This document shows positions 46,854 through 57,250 of a stretch of 64,000 nt of DNA, one piece after another (the first letter of the stretch is position 1; every line of letters begins with the position of its first letter). The notes under the pieces were generated by a model that did not search any database, was not told the origin of the DNA, and saw only the letters and a list, made by a program, of their open reading frames with translations. The DNA is from Bdellovibrionota bacterium. Its GTDB lineage: Bacteria; Bdellovibrionota_C; UBA2361; CALJRW01. The stretch is from contig JBGSMD010000063.1 of assembly GCA_041740355.1 (NCBI GenBank), positions 64,001 through 128,000 of the forward strand, written 5' to 3'. A program made the translations under genes and the position numbers.

Positions 46854-47231
46854 ATGTCTACTAAAATTGTCAAAAATGTTCTCGTTGTCGAAGATGATGC
46901 TGATGCACGCCATCTATTAACTATGATGTTACAAACTCTTGGTTATAATCCTATTGGGTTTGACTCTGGTCAATCTTGCTTAGCGAAAGCTGCTGAACTT
47001 AATGTGTCAATTATTCTTCTGGATGTGATGATGCCGGGAATGAATGGCTATCAACTTTTAGAGCAACTTAAAAAATTAAGACATTTAGCTAAGGTTCCAG
47101 TAGTAATGGTCACAGCTAAAGACCAAGATGATGATATCATGGCCGGCTATCAACATGGCGCGGACTATTACATTACAAAGCCCTATACCATGAACCAGAT
47201 TCAATACGCCTTGGAATTATATGCTGGTTAA
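46854..47231 (+). CDS. Single-domain response regulator
   Basis: VVEDD, LLDVMMPGMNG, VTA, YITKP. Confidence 0.93.
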   Translation: MSTKIVKNVLVVEDDADARHLLTMMLQTLGYNPIGFDSGQSCLAKAAELNVSIILLDVMMPGMNGYQLLEQLKKLRHLAKVPVVMVTAKDQDDDIMAGYQHGADYYITKPYTMNQIQYALELYAG

Positions 47232-47895
47232 ACCTTCCCAAATTAAATCTTTAAAGAAACCAAATGGTTTTATTGTTATAGAAGGTGTTAATGGTGCAGG
47301 AAAGAGTTCACTTCTAAAAAAAATTTCGAAGTATCTGAAATCCAAAAAAAAACAATTCCTGCTTACGAGAGAACCAGGAAGCGGAGCATTAGGAAAGGAC
47401 CTGCGAGAATTAGTTTTAAACAATACCGAGAAACTTCCTCCCTTAGCTGAATTATTTTTATTTGCCGCTGATCGTAATTATCATGTTAACAAAATTATCC
47501 TACCGGCTTTAAAGAAGAAAAAATTAGTTATTTCTGATCGCTACTATTATTCCACGACAGCCTTCCAGGGTTATGGTCGAAAAATTGATCTAAAGAGTAT
47601 TAATGTAATCAATCAACTAGCGATTGAAGATCTTCAACCAGATCTAGTTTTATTACTGGATCTTGATCCACTAATCGGACTTCAAAGAAATCGCAAAAGT
47701 GACAAAGAGCGAGATAGTTTTGAAGAAGAAGAGCTCAGCTTTCATCAGAAAATTCGTCAGGGATTCTTAAAGCAAGCAAAGTCCTTGCCAGAAAAGTTTG
47801 TACTGATCGATGCTTCGCAAAGTGCCGATCAAGTCTGGAAAAATACCAAAAAGATTTTGGACTTATACTTACATCAACTAAAGACAATTAAATGA
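47221..47895 (+). CDS. tmk: Thymidylate kinase
   Basis: IEGVNGAGKSS, TREPG, SDRYYYST.AFQG. Confidence 0.96.
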   Translation: MLVKPSQIKSLKKPNGFIVIEGVNGAGKSSLLKKISKYLKSKKKQFLLTREPGSGALGKDLRELVLNNTEKLPPLAELFLFAADRNYHVNKIILPALKKKKLVISDRYYYSTTAFQGYGRKIDLKSINVINQLAIEDLQPDLVLLLDLDPLIGLQRNRKSDKERDSFEEEELSFHQKIRQGFLKQAKSLPEKFVLIDASQSADQVWKNTKKILDLYLHQLKTIK

Positions 47896-48842
47896 TTATT
47901 GGTCATCAGGCGATCCGAAAAATTTTAAATAAATTATATACGGAAGCAAAATTACCTCATGCTATAATGCTTGCTGGTAGTGCTGGAATCGGCAAAAAAT
48001 TAGTTGCGGAGGAAATTGCACAGTCTTTAGTTTGTATTAATAATGTTTATGGTGGCTGTGGATCTTGTACTAACTGCTTACCATTCCTAGCTAGGAACTA
48101 CCCTGATATTCACCGACTAGATTGTCAGGATAAAGAACAAGTTAGCGCTGAAGCAATTAGACAGATTATTAACTTACTCTCACTAAAAGCTTTTGGCGGA
48201 CAAGCGCGTATCCTGATTTTTGAAAATGCCGAGTCACTTTCTGTTACCAGCTGTAATATTTTATTAAAGTCACTTGAGGAACCAAGACCGAATACTTATT
48301 ACATTCTAATATCAGCGAACCCTTCTTTTATTCCAATTACAATTCGCTCCAGATGTCAGACTTACTACTTGCCTGATCTAACAGACTTAGAATTAGAACA
48401 AATCATTGCCGGTAGCGATTTAAATAATCAACTCCCCGATAATCTTACTTGGGAATCAATTTTACAGTATTCCTCTGGTAGCTTAGTAAGTATTCATAAA
48501 ATCATTGAAAAACCTGAGCTCTGGGCCAAAACTAAGTCTTTCTTAAGTGATTTTTTCACTGGCAAAGTCTACTCTTTAGTCGAAACAATCATGCCTTTTA
48601 AAAAAGATAGAGAAGGCTTGATTGATTTTCTTTTTTTTGCAGAAATTATTACTAGACGACAGATGTTGCTTCAAAAGAGTCCTGAAAAACAGCAGATGTT
48701 TGCTCTGTTGCTTAATAATCTCCTCCTTTCTAAATACTACATTACACAAAGAAATATTCATGCCATTAGCCTCTTAAGTGCAATATTCGCCGATACCAAC
48801 TTCAATTTGGAGCAGGAAGATATTGAAAATTATCTGACCTGA
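47892..48842 (+). CDS. holB: DNA polymerase III delta-prime subunit
   Basis: G..GIGK, C..C Zn motif, N.LLKSLEEP, TIRSRCQ; follows tmk. Confidence 0.93.
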   Translation: MIIGHQAIRKILNKLYTEAKLPHAIMLAGSAGIGKKLVAEEIAQSLVCINNVYGGCGSCTNCLPFLARNYPDIHRLDCQDKEQVSAEAIRQIINLLSLKAFGGQARILIFENAESLSVTSCNILLKSLEEPRPNTYYILISANPSFIPITIRSRCQTYYLPDLTDLELEQIIAGSDLNNQLPDNLTWESILQYSSGSLVSIHKIIEKPELWAKTKSFLSDFFTGKVYSLVETIMPFKKDREGLIDFLFFAEIITRRQMLLQKSPEKQQMFALLLNNLLLSKYYITQRNIHAISLLSAIFADTNFNLEQEDIENYLT

Positions 48843-48905
48843 AAAGCTTAACTGCTTAGTCCGATACTAATGACAAGAAATAGTTTCTAAGATAAACTCC
48901 CCTCC

Positions 48906-49283
48906 ATGGAAATAGAAAACACTCCCGAAATAACAGCCGAACCAGTTAAAGCTAATTTAATTTCAATTGATGACTTTGCAAAAATCGAATTGCGAGTTGC
49001 TGAAATTTTATCAGCCGAACCACTCCCAAAATCTAATAAGCTGATGAAGCTTCAAGTTACTCTGGGCGAAGCGCTGGGCCAAAGACAAGTACTAGCGGGA
49101 ATTGCTAAGCACTACACTCCGGAAGATTTAGTAGGTCGTAAAATAATTATCATAGCGAATCTACAGCCAGCAAAGTTAATGGGCGAAGAGTCTCAAGGTA
49201 TGCTTTTAGCGGCGGATGGCATTGATGATATTATTTTACTTGCACCATCAAAGGATGCTCCAGTTGGTGCCAGAGTTAGATAG
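48906..49283 (+). CDS. Stand-alone tRNA-binding OB protein (MetRS C-terminal/Trbp111-like)
   Basis: ISIDDFAKIELRVA, RQVLAGIA, ANLQPAKLMGEESQGMLL. Confidence 0.92.
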   Translation: MEIENTPEITAEPVKANLISIDDFAKIELRVAEILSAEPLPKSNKLMKLQVTLGEALGQRQVLAGIAKHYTPEDLVGRKIIIIANLQPAKLMGEESQGMLLAADGIDDIILLAPSKDAPVGARVR

Positions 49284-49285
49284 TC

Positions 49286-50065
49286 ATGATTATTGATTCC
49301 CACATTCATCTGATAAGCCAAGAATATCGGGAACAACTTCCTGAGTATTTGTCGGAAGCCGAAGATCTTGGCGTTAAAGCATTTATTAATATTGGTGCCG
49401 GGACAGGTTTAGACTCGGCGGAAGAATCAGTGAAACTTGCTGAGAAATATTCTAATGTTTTTGCAGTCGTGGGAATTCATCCACTAGAAGTTAGTAATAA
49501 AATTGAGCTGGAAACAATTAAAGATCAAGTCCAACATCCAAAAGTTGTTGCTATTGGCGAAACAGGACTCGATTACTATTATCAGAAAGATAATGCCAAA
49601 GACCAAATTAAAGTTTTTCGTCAGCAAATTGAATTGGCGCATGAATATAAAAAACCACTAGTGATTCATTCTCGAGATGCCGCCGATGTTTGTTTACAGA
49701 TTTTAATTGAAATGGAAGCTAAGCTAGTTGGTGGGGTCTTTCACTGCTTTAGTGAAGATGCCGCCTTTGCTGAAAAACTGGCCGATATTAATTTTATGGT
49801 ATCCTTCCCAGGAGTAATTACCTTTAAAAATGCTGATAAAACAAGAACTGCCGTAAAAGAAATTCCAATTAAGCAAATAATGCTAGAAACAGATGGTCCG
49901 TATTTAGCCCCTGAACCTTATCGCGGGAAACTTTGCAAGCCTTCATATATTGCTGAGACTGCTAAAAGATTCGCCGAATTAAGAAATTTATCTACTCCGG
50001 AGTCTAATAAAATAATTTATAATAATACTATTAACTTTTTTCGCCTGCCATTAAAAACAATTTAA
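49286..50065 (+). CDS. tatD: TatD family DNase
   Basis: DSHIH, GIHP, GETGLDY, IHSR, HCFS, LETDGPYL. Confidence 0.95.
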   Translation: MIIDSHIHLISQEYREQLPEYLSEAEDLGVKAFINIGAGTGLDSAEESVKLAEKYSNVFAVVGIHPLEVSNKIELETIKDQVQHPKVVAIGETGLDYYYQKDNAKDQIKVFRQQIELAHEYKKPLVIHSRDAADVCLQILIEMEAKLVGGVFHCFSEDAAFAEKLADINFMVSFPGVITFKNADKTRTAVKEIPIKQIMLETDGPYLAPEPYRGKLCKPSYIAETAKRFAELRNLSTPESNKIIYNNTINFFRLPLKTI

Positions 50066-50069
50066 TTCC

Positions 50070-50864
50070 ATGAAAGTCAGCTTACACAACTTTGGAAATT
50101 TTAAACTAGATGGTGGCACCATGTTTGGTCCGGTCCCCAAACCTGTCTGGTCAAAACTTTGTCCAGCGGATCAACAAAATCGTATATTAATGGCCTCCAA
50201 TACTTTATTAATTGAAACAAACGATCGTCGAATAATTCTTGATCTAGGAATGGGCAGTAACTTCACTGATAAGATTAAAGAGCGCTACGCAGTTACCGAT
50301 CGATTGGAAATTTCAAATCCTGAAACAATTACAGATATAATCTTTACTCATTTACACTTTGATCACACTGGTGGATTGTTTGTAATGGATAATAACCAAA
50401 CAAAAGCTATTTACCCCAATGCTCGCTACCATCTTCAAAAGCAACAATGGGAAGAAGCACAAAAACCAAGTCTAAAAGAAAGTAATGCTTACAATGCTGA
50501 GGATCTTAATTTCCTTAGTAAGCAAAAGTTGAACCTCATCCAGGGAGAAAGGGAAATCATTCCGGGGATCACAAGTGTGATCTCTAATGGTCATACGCGA
50601 GGATTACAATGGTTAAAAATTAGAACAAATCGTTTAACAATCGCTTTTGTCAGTGATCTAATTCCGACCTCACATCACTTAAACTTAGCCTATCACATGT
50701 CCTATGAAATTAATGCTGAAGTACTTTTACAAGAAAAGCAAAGGTTTCTAACGGAAGCAATTAGAGAAAAATATTTAGTAGTCTTTCAACACGATCCAAG
50801 TTTTGTGGTTGGTCAAATCATCCAAAATGCTGGTGAATATCAATTAATGAAAGGCACCTTATAA
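50070..50864 (+). CDS. Metallo-beta-lactamase-fold hydrolase (YtnP-like)
   Basis: LDGGTMFG.VPK..W, THLHFDH, GHT, SDLIP, QHD. Confidence 0.9.
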   Translation: MKVSLHNFGNFKLDGGTMFGPVPKPVWSKLCPADQQNRILMASNTLLIETNDRRIILDLGMGSNFTDKIKERYAVTDRLEISNPETITDIIFTHLHFDHTGGLFVMDNNQTKAIYPNARYHLQKQQWEEAQKPSLKESNAYNAEDLNFLSKQKLNLIQGEREIIPGITSVISNGHTRGLQWLKIRTNRLTIAFVSDLIPTSHHLNLAYHMSYEINAEVLLQEKQRFLTEAIREKYLVVFQHDPSFVVGQIIQNAGEYQLMKGTL

Positions 50865-50874
50865 AAATTAAAAA

Positions 50875-51192
50875 ATGAAAGAAATAACACCTAAAGATTT
50901 AAAGACAATGCAGGCTGCGGATGAAGATTTTATCTTAATTGATGTCCGCGAAGAATCAGAAAAAGCTGTTGCGGATATTGGTGGCATACTAATACCACTT
51001 AGTACCTTACCAATGAATCTACCCGAAGCTGATAAGAATCAGAAGATTATTGTCTACTGTAAGAGTGGTGGAAGAAGTGGAAAAGCTACGGAATATTTAG
51101 AGCAAGTAGCAGGATTTACTAATGTCCACAACCTAAAAGGTGGGATCCTTGCCTGGTCCGATCAGGTTGATCCAAGTGTTAAAAAGTACTAA
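50875..51192 (+). CDS. Rhodanese-domain protein
   Basis: LIDVRE, YCKSGGRS, NLKGGILAW. Confidence 0.93.
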   Translation: MKEITPKDLKTMQAADEDFILIDVREESEKAVADIGGILIPLSTLPMNLPEADKNQKIIVYCKSGGRSGKATEYLEQVAGFTNVHNLKGGILAWSDQVDPSVKKY

Positions 51193-51274
51193 TGTGGTAT
51201 TCTCCTCTTTTGTGACGCACTGCATTACTGTAGTAAATTGTCTTTGAGACAGGCGTCTCAAAAGGGAAGAATCT

Positions 51275-51347
51275 ACGCTAGTAGCTCAATTGGTAGAGCA
51301 TCGGATTCCAAATCCGAGGGTTGGGGGTTCAAGTCCCTCCTGGCGTG
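51275..51347 (+). tRNA. tRNA-Trp(CCA), CCA end not encoded
   Basis: Acceptor acgctag/ctggcgt, anticodon arm tcgga-ttccaaa-tccga, ttcaagt T loop. Confidence 0.95.
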
Positions 51348-51419
51348 TTCTCCCCTTTTGGGTCACACGGCATCGAACCATTTAAATACCTCGATGTATT
51401 GTGACCCAAAAGGGGAGAA
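51348..51419. repeat. Long hairpin directly after tRNA-Trp
   Basis: 19-bp perfect stem ttctccccttttgggtcac/gtgacccaaaaggggagaa. Confidence 0.8.
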
Positions 51420-51498
51420 TGGGGTTAAAATACAACTACATATTTACTATAGAAAAAATAAATATAATAAAAGCGAATTAATCGCGTCTAAGACAATT

Positions 51499-52053
51499 AT
51501 GAAATCCCAAGAAGGAATTAGTTTTTTTCACTCACAACTTGATGCCACCATCGGCTGGGCACGTAAGTATTCTCTATTCACGTATCCTTTCGTAACAGCT
51601 TGTTGTGGCATGGAATACATGGCTGTTAGCTGTGCGCATTACGATACAGATCGATTCGGAGCAGCGTTACCAAGATTTACACCTCGCCAATCAGATTTAT
51701 TAATGGTTGTAGGAACTGTAAACCATAAACTTGCTCCAGTATTACTTCGAGTTTATGAACAAATGGCGGAACCTAAATATGTTGTTGCATTTGGTGCCTG
51801 TGCCTCTTCTGGTGGGTTTTACGACAACTACACTACGGTAGCCGGCATTGATAAAATTATTCCTGTAGATATGTACATCCCTGGTTGTCCACCAAGACCG
51901 GAAACAGTTTTAGATGCTTTAATTAAACTTCAAGAAAATATTAATAATTCTCGCCAACCACTTGTTCCAAGTCATGGTGGCACTCAACCTAGACCTGAGC
52001 TTCCAGAATTACTGGGTGAACCTATTGATTCTAAACTAACTAGAGTCCTTTAA
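51499..52053 (+). CDS. nuoB: NADH-quinone oxidoreductase subunit B (start corrected to MKSQEG)
   Basis: TACCGME, PRQSDL, GACASSGG, YIPGCPPRPE. Confidence 0.95.
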   Translation: MKSQEGISFFHSQLDATIGWARKYSLFTYPFVTACCGMEYMAVSCAHYDTDRFGAALPRFTPRQSDLLMVVGTVNHKLAPVLLRVYEQMAEPKYVVAFGACASSGGFYDNYTTVAGIDKIIPVDMYIPGCPPRPETVLDALIKLQENINNSRQPLVPSHGGTQPRPELPELLGEPIDSKLTRVL

Positions 52054-52066
52054 TTACTCTTAATTT

Positions 52067-53197
52067 CTAAATAATTCCTAAGGTTTCATTTAGAAATTTC
52101 GCCACTGGCATAATTGTTACCCCGGACTCGTTGCGCATTTCAGTACCAAGATACAATAAGTAAGCCTTCGCTTGAGGGTAATCTTGTTTAAATAATTTTA
52201 AGCCCTCAAGATCACCACTGCGATATGTAGTTGCCCGCTTCACCTCAATCGCATGAAATCCTCTCTCTCCGTAAAGGACAAAATCAACCTCTTGCTTCTC
52301 ACGAGTTTGCCAAAAAAATATCTGGTACCCTAAGTCTTGATTATCATTAATTGCCTTTAGTTGCTGAAATACAAGTGTCTCTAGGGCAATCCCTTCTATT
52401 TCAGAATTGTGATCTAGTGGCCCAAGTGGTCGAATTGCACGATAAACACCTGAGTCAAAGAAATAAAATTTTGGGTGGCTAATAAGTTTTCGTTGTGCTT
52501 TCCTAGTAAAGACAGGCAAACGACAAGCAATTAATAAATCCTCTAAGAGAGTAAAATAGTTAGTCACAACTTTTCGCTCGACAGCACACTCGGCAGCAAC
52601 ATTTGTAATATTTAAAACTGATCCTTGGGAGAAAGAAGCCGCTTCTAAAAACCTAGCAAAGCCTGACAAATTACGAACTAATCCTTCCTGTAATACCTCT
52701 TCTTTTAAATAAGTTGCAACATAACTTTTCAAATAATCTTTAGGACTTGGTTCAGAGAATATTGCCGGTAAAAATCCAAACTCTAGTGAAAAATTTAAGT
52801 TGAAATCTGCTTTAAGTTCTAGGATAGTTAATGGATGAAAATTTTTACTATATGCTCGGCCAGCTAAAAGATTAACCCCTTTAGATCGTAATTTTCGAGC
52901 ACTAGAACCAGTTAAAAGAAAATTGTATTTTTTTTCTTCGATTAATCGATGAACGGTATTTAATAGGTTGGGAACTTTTTGAATTTCATCAATTAAAATA
53001 ATCTTTTGTGGATTATTGATATAAGTTTCCAATCTGTCAGGATTTGCTAATAATTCAGTATAGGTCTGATCGACTAAGAGATTGATATAATCTGATTCAG
53101 GATATGTCATCCTTAGCCAAGAGGATTTTCCCGTCCCCCTAGGTCCCAGCAAAAAGTAACTTTTATTAGGTATTATTTTAATATTTCTGCCGTACAT
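52067..53197 (-). CDS. AAA+ ATPase with DUF4143-like C-terminal nuclease-like domain
   Basis: GPRGTGKS, IDEIQK, TGSS, LAGR, KFYFFDSG, EVDF...AIEVK. Confidence 0.9.
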   Translation of the reverse strand: MYGRNIKIIPNKSYFLLGPRGTGKSSWLRMTYPESDYINLLVDQTYTELLANPDRLETYINNPQKIILIDEIQKVPNLLNTVHRLIEEKKYNFLLTGSSARKLRSKGVNLLAGRAYSKNFHPLTILELKADFNLNFSLEFGFLPAIFSEPSPKDYLKSYVATYLKEEVLQEGLVRNLSGFARFLEAASFSQGSVLNITNVAAECAVERKVVTNYFTLLEDLLIACRLPVFTRKAQRKLISHPKFYFFDSGVYRAIRPLGPLDHNSEIEGIALETLVFQQLKAINDNQDLGYQIFFWQTREKQEVDFVLYGERGFHAIEVKRATTYRSGDLEGLKLFKQDYPQAKAYLLYLGTEMRNESGVTIMPVAKFLNETLGII

Positions 53198-53301
53198 AAT
53201 TCCATTTTTACATGATTTTTGGAAGTAGGCAATCCATTTTACAAACCTTAAAGTTCAAGAATTACTAAGTAGCTAATTTCATTGGGAGAATATTCAATTT
53301 T

Positions 53302-53862
53302 TCAAAGGTTCGTTTTGGAGGAATCCAACCATTCCTCTCGTAGCAATCCATAGATTTTTTCATCATGAATCTTGCTCGTTGCTCGACATCTTACTGCTTG
53401 GCGAAGTAAGCCTTCAAATTTGAAACCAAGCTTTTCTGCCAGCATTGCTGATGCTTGATTCTCAGCAAATACACGAATTGTTAGTCGACGTAAGTCTAGT
53501 TCTTGAAAACCGTAAGGTAATATTGCCCTAACAGCCTCAGATATATAGCCATTCCTCCAGTAAGACTCACCAAGCCAATAACCTATCTCGGCAGTCTGGT
53601 TAATGAGATTGATTGCATAAAAAGAGACATGCCCAACAACTTCAATACTTGGCTTAACTAAAAGAGCAAATGTAATTTTTTCACTTGAGTCACGTCCAGA
53701 AACGCAGTTATTTACCCACCATGTCGCGTCGGAGTCGGTGTATGGAAATGGAACCACTGTGAGATAGCGCGAAATGTTAATATTATTAATGTTGGTCTTA
53801 ATGTTGTCAGCATCAGATAATTCTACCGGCCTAAGAGTAAGTCTTTCCGTTTCAATAATCAT
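53302..53862 (-). CDS. RimJ/RimL-family GNAT N-acetyltransferase
   Basis: IETERLTLRP, AEIGYWLG..YW.NG, N.AS..LAEKLGFKFEG. Confidence 0.92.
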   Translation of the reverse strand: MIIETERLTLRPVELSDADNIKTNINNINISRYLTVVPFPYTDSDATWWVNNCVSGRDSSEKITFALLVKPSIEVVGHVSFYAINLINQTAEIGYWLGESYWRNGYISEAVRAILPYGFQELDLRRLTIRVFAENQASAMLAEKLGFKFEGLLRQAVRCRATSKIHDEKIYGLLREEWLDSSKTNL

Positions 53863-56577
53863 CTAGCGCATTTTCTTTCGTAATTTTTTTCTTTCTAAAA
53901 GCTTAGCTCGAGCATCTTCCGGATCTTTTGGCTGAAAAGATGTAATCTTTCCTTCCTCATCAGCCTTGTCCTCCACTCCTGCTAATTCCATCTGACGCTG
54001 GATTTCTTCCCGGCGTTGATGTTCTGCTAATATATGGTGGACTAACTTTTGTAAGTCTTCCGCTTCAAAATAAGCCAGCTTACGAACTACTTCGGCTTTA
54101 AACTTATCAAGCATCACAGTGAACAATCCATAACCCTCTTTTTGATATTCATGGAGTGGATTCTGCTGAGCATAGCCACGAAGCCCGATACCTTCCCGCA
54201 AAAAATCCATCTGTTGCAAATGAGCATTCCAGTTATGATCCAATAACTCCAAAACAGTTTCTTGTTCAACGGTAGGGAATTTAAAATCAAAAGCTTTGCC
54301 GGATTCGGTTAGCGAAAGATTAATGTTTAAATTTGGATTCTTCTCCATGAAATCATCCATTACTTCCTGCTGAATGATAGCTTTTGCCTGATAGAAATCT
54401 TTAGCTTCATTTCGAAGAAAATCAAAAACTGCCTGTTGATCTGTTTTAATTTTCTCCGGAATCACAACATCCTGATTAAATAGGAACTTATAACGTTCCT
54501 CTAAGGCAGCTAAATTCCACTGATGCGGCTTTAATTCTTCAGAGCAAATTCCTAAAACAGAATCTTCGATTAGATCATCAATCATTAACAAAATTTCACT
54601 GCGAAGATCCACTCCATGCAGAACTTTATTTCGCAAGTTATAGATTGCTTTTCTTTGCTTATTAAGAACGTCATCATACTCCGTTACTTGCTTACGGCTT
54701 TCAAAGTGATGTCGCTCAACTCTGGCTTGGGCATTCTCAATAGTTTTGCTAATAATTCGACTGTCAATTGCTAAACCTTCTTTCCAACCCATCTTCTCCA
54801 TTAGCCCCTGATAGCGATCTCCACCAAAACGCTTCATTAAGTTATCTTCAAGTGAAATGTAGAATAAAGATTTTCCAGGATCTCCCTGACGACCGGCACG
54901 TCCTCTTAACTGATTGTCAATGCGGCGAGACTCATGTCGCTCCGTACCAATAATATACAAGCCTCCCGCTTCGAGCACTTGCAATTTTTCTTTTGCGCAA
55001 GTTTCCTTAGCTTCAATAAATGCTTCTTCAAACTCAGGAGTGCCCTTCTTGGCCTTAGAACTAGCTAAGTATTCTGGATTACCCCCTAAAACGATATCTG
55101 TTCCACGCCCCGCCATGTTCGTAGCAATAGTAACTGCTCCATATCTTCCTGCTTGAGCAACAATCTCAGCTTCTTTCTGGTGATGTTTAGCATTTAAAAC
55201 ATGATGCGGAATCGATTTTTGAACTAGCATACTAGAGAGCAATTCACTTTGTTCAATATTTGTTGTCCCCACAAGAGTAGGTTGACCCTTAGCATGAACT
55301 TCTTCAATCTCTTCGATTACTGCTATGTATTTTTCTCGATTTGTTCGGTAAACAACATCGGAAAGATCAAGTCTGGCAAGCTTTAAATTAGTTGGAATAA
55401 CAGCGACATCTAATTTATAAATTGTTTTGAACTCGGCAGCTTCAGTCATCGCTGTTCCAGTCATTCCCGAAAGCTTATTATACATTCGAAATAGATTTTG
55501 AAAGGTAATCGATGCTAAGGTGCGATTCTCCCGAGCAATTTTCACACCCTCTTTTGCTTCAATAGCTTGGTGTAATCCATCAGACCATCGTCGTCCAGGC
55601 ATTAAGCGACCTGTAAATTCATCAACAATAATCACCTGGCCATTCTTTACAACATAATCAATATCCCGGTGCATGGTGTTATACGCTCTTAAGCTTTGAT
55701 TAACATGGTGAAGAGTTTCAATCTCAGCGGGATCGTATAAATTTTCTACACCTAAAAGTTCTTCCGCTTGAGCAATTCCAACTTCATTTAAAGTCGGATT
55801 CTTTGTTTTTAGATCGACTTCGTAATGCAAATCAATTTTAAGTTTTGGAATAATTTTATTGACCTTGGAATAAAGTGCTGAGGAATCTTCGGCTGGTCCA
55901 GAAATAATTAACGGAGTTCTAGCCTCGTCAATTAAAATGGAATCGACCTCGTCAACTAGCGCATAATTATGCCCACGTTGCATCAAGTCTTCTTTATTAA
56001 ATTTTAAATTATCTCTGAGGTAATCAAAACCAAACTCGTTATTTTGTCCATAAGTAATATCAGCTTGATATGCTGCACGTTTATCTTCTTCGGGCATTCC
56101 AGAATAGATCACACCGACACTCATGCCTAGGAAATTATATATCTGCCCCATCCACTCAGCATCACGTTTTGCTAAGTAATCATTAACAGTTACAACATGA
56201 ACTCCTTTACCAGTTAGGGCATTGAGATAAACCGGCAAAGTTGCCATTAGAGTCTTACCTTCCCCAGTTTTCATTTCGGAAATCATTCCACTATGCAACA
56301 CCATTCCACCAATTAACTGAACGTCATAGTGTCTCATCCCAAGGGTTCTTTGCGCCGCCTGACGAACAACTGCAAAAACTTCTGGTAATATCTGCTCTAA
56401 TGTTTCCCCACGGTCCAAGCGTTCTTTGAAAACTAAAGTGTGCCGTCGCAAATCTTGGTCATTTAATTTAGCGAACTCAGGCTCTAATTGATTAATCTTA
56501 GCAACGTTTGGGGCTAAGGTTTTGAGGAAACGATCATTAGACGTTCCAAAGACTTTTTTAAAAACTGAATTTAACAT
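53863..56577 (-). CDS. secA: Protein translocase subunit SecA
   Basis: MKTGEGKT, VDEVDSILIDEARTPL, ATNMAGRGTDI, GTERHESRRIDNQLRGRAGRQGDPG. Confidence 0.98.
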   Translation of the reverse strand: MLNSVFKKVFGTSNDRFLKTLAPNVAKINQLEPEFAKLNDQDLRRHTLVFKERLDRGETLEQILPEVFAVVRQAAQRTLGMRHYDVQLIGGMVLHSGMISEMKTGEGKTLMATLPVYLNALTGKGVHVVTVNDYLAKRDAEWMGQIYNFLGMSVGVIYSGMPEEDKRAAYQADITYGQNNEFGFDYLRDNLKFNKEDLMQRGHNYALVDEVDSILIDEARTPLIISGPAEDSSALYSKVNKIIPKLKIDLHYEVDLKTKNPTLNEVGIAQAEELLGVENLYDPAEIETLHHVNQSLRAYNTMHRDIDYVVKNGQVIIVDEFTGRLMPGRRWSDGLHQAIEAKEGVKIARENRTLASITFQNLFRMYNKLSGMTGTAMTEAAEFKTIYKLDVAVIPTNLKLARLDLSDVVYRTNREKYIAVIEEIEEVHAKGQPTLVGTTNIEQSELLSSMLVQKSIPHHVLNAKHHQKEAEIVAQAGRYGAVTIATNMAGRGTDIVLGGNPEYLASSKAKKGTPEFEEAFIEAKETCAKEKLQVLEAGGLYIIGTERHESRRIDNQLRGRAGRQGDPGKSLFYISLEDNLMKRFGGDRYQGLMEKMGWKEGLAIDSRIISKTIENAQARVERHHFESRKQVTEYDDVLNKQRKAIYNLRNKVLHGVDLRSEILLMIDDLIEDSVLGICSEELKPHQWNLAALEERYKFLFNQDVVIPEKIKTDQQAVFDFLRNEAKDFYQAKAIIQQEVMDDFMEKNPNLNINLSLTESGKAFDFKFPTVEQETVLELLDHNWNAHLQQMDFLREGIGLRGYAQQNPLHEYQKEGYGLFTVMLDKFKAEVVRKLAYFEAEDLQKLVHHILAEHQRREEIQRQMELAGVEDKADEEGKITSFQPKDPEDARAKLLERKKLRKKMR

Positions 56578-56854
56578 CGAGGCGAATTAGGAAAAAATCT
56601 AGATTGATCTAGCAATAAATGTGTAATTCCTCAATCAATTTTGGGGAATACTACTTTAAATAAGTCTCGTTTTCTTTATTTTCAATACTGCTATCGGAAA
56701 ATACAAAAATAACTTATCTTAATGAGGACTTGAAAGATACAACTACAAAATATAGCTGACAATCTTTAAAATAAACCCTCCTCTCTGATTATTTTCGATA
56801 ATAAGAGTTATAAAGGTGATTTTTGTACTTTTTCTACGATAATGACCTCAAATA

Positions 56855-57250
56855 ATGAATAAAAATAGCCGATTTTTAGCAATTCGTACAGTGATGCTGC
56901 CAAAAGACACTAATTATATGGGACATATCTTTGGTGGGCATATTTTAAGCATGATTGACTTAGCTGCTGCTCAACACTCCACCTTGATTGCTAATCAAAA
57001 ATTTGTAACAAAACTCTTTAAAGAAGCTAATTTTGTTGCTCCGGTGTTTGTCGGTGATGCCGTAAATTTCTTCACGGAAACAGTTAAAATTGGGAATACA
57101 TCAGTAATGGTTCGGGTGACAGTAGAGGCTCAGCGACATAATAATCCAACTCAGATCGATCAAGTTACCACTGCTGAAGTTTTAATGGTTGCTGTTGATC
57201 AAGACAATAAACCAACTAGGATTATCGCAAATAATCCCCTTCCTTCGTAG
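56855..57250 (+). CDS. Hotdog-fold acyl-CoA thioesterase (YciA-like)
   Basis: PKDTNYMGHIFGG.ILS.ID.A, IGNTS. Confidence 0.92.
   Translation: MNKNSRFLAIRTVMLPKDTNYMGHIFGGHILSMIDLAAAQHSTLIANQKFVTKLFKEANFVAPVFVGDAVNFFTETVKIGNTSVMVRVTVEAQRHNNPTQIDQVTTAEVLMVAVDQDNKPTRIIANNPLPS

Noticed and set aside
51238-51498. 87-aa N-terminal extension of NuoB
   Set aside because: Reads through tRNA-Trp and its hairpin; real start is ATG 51499
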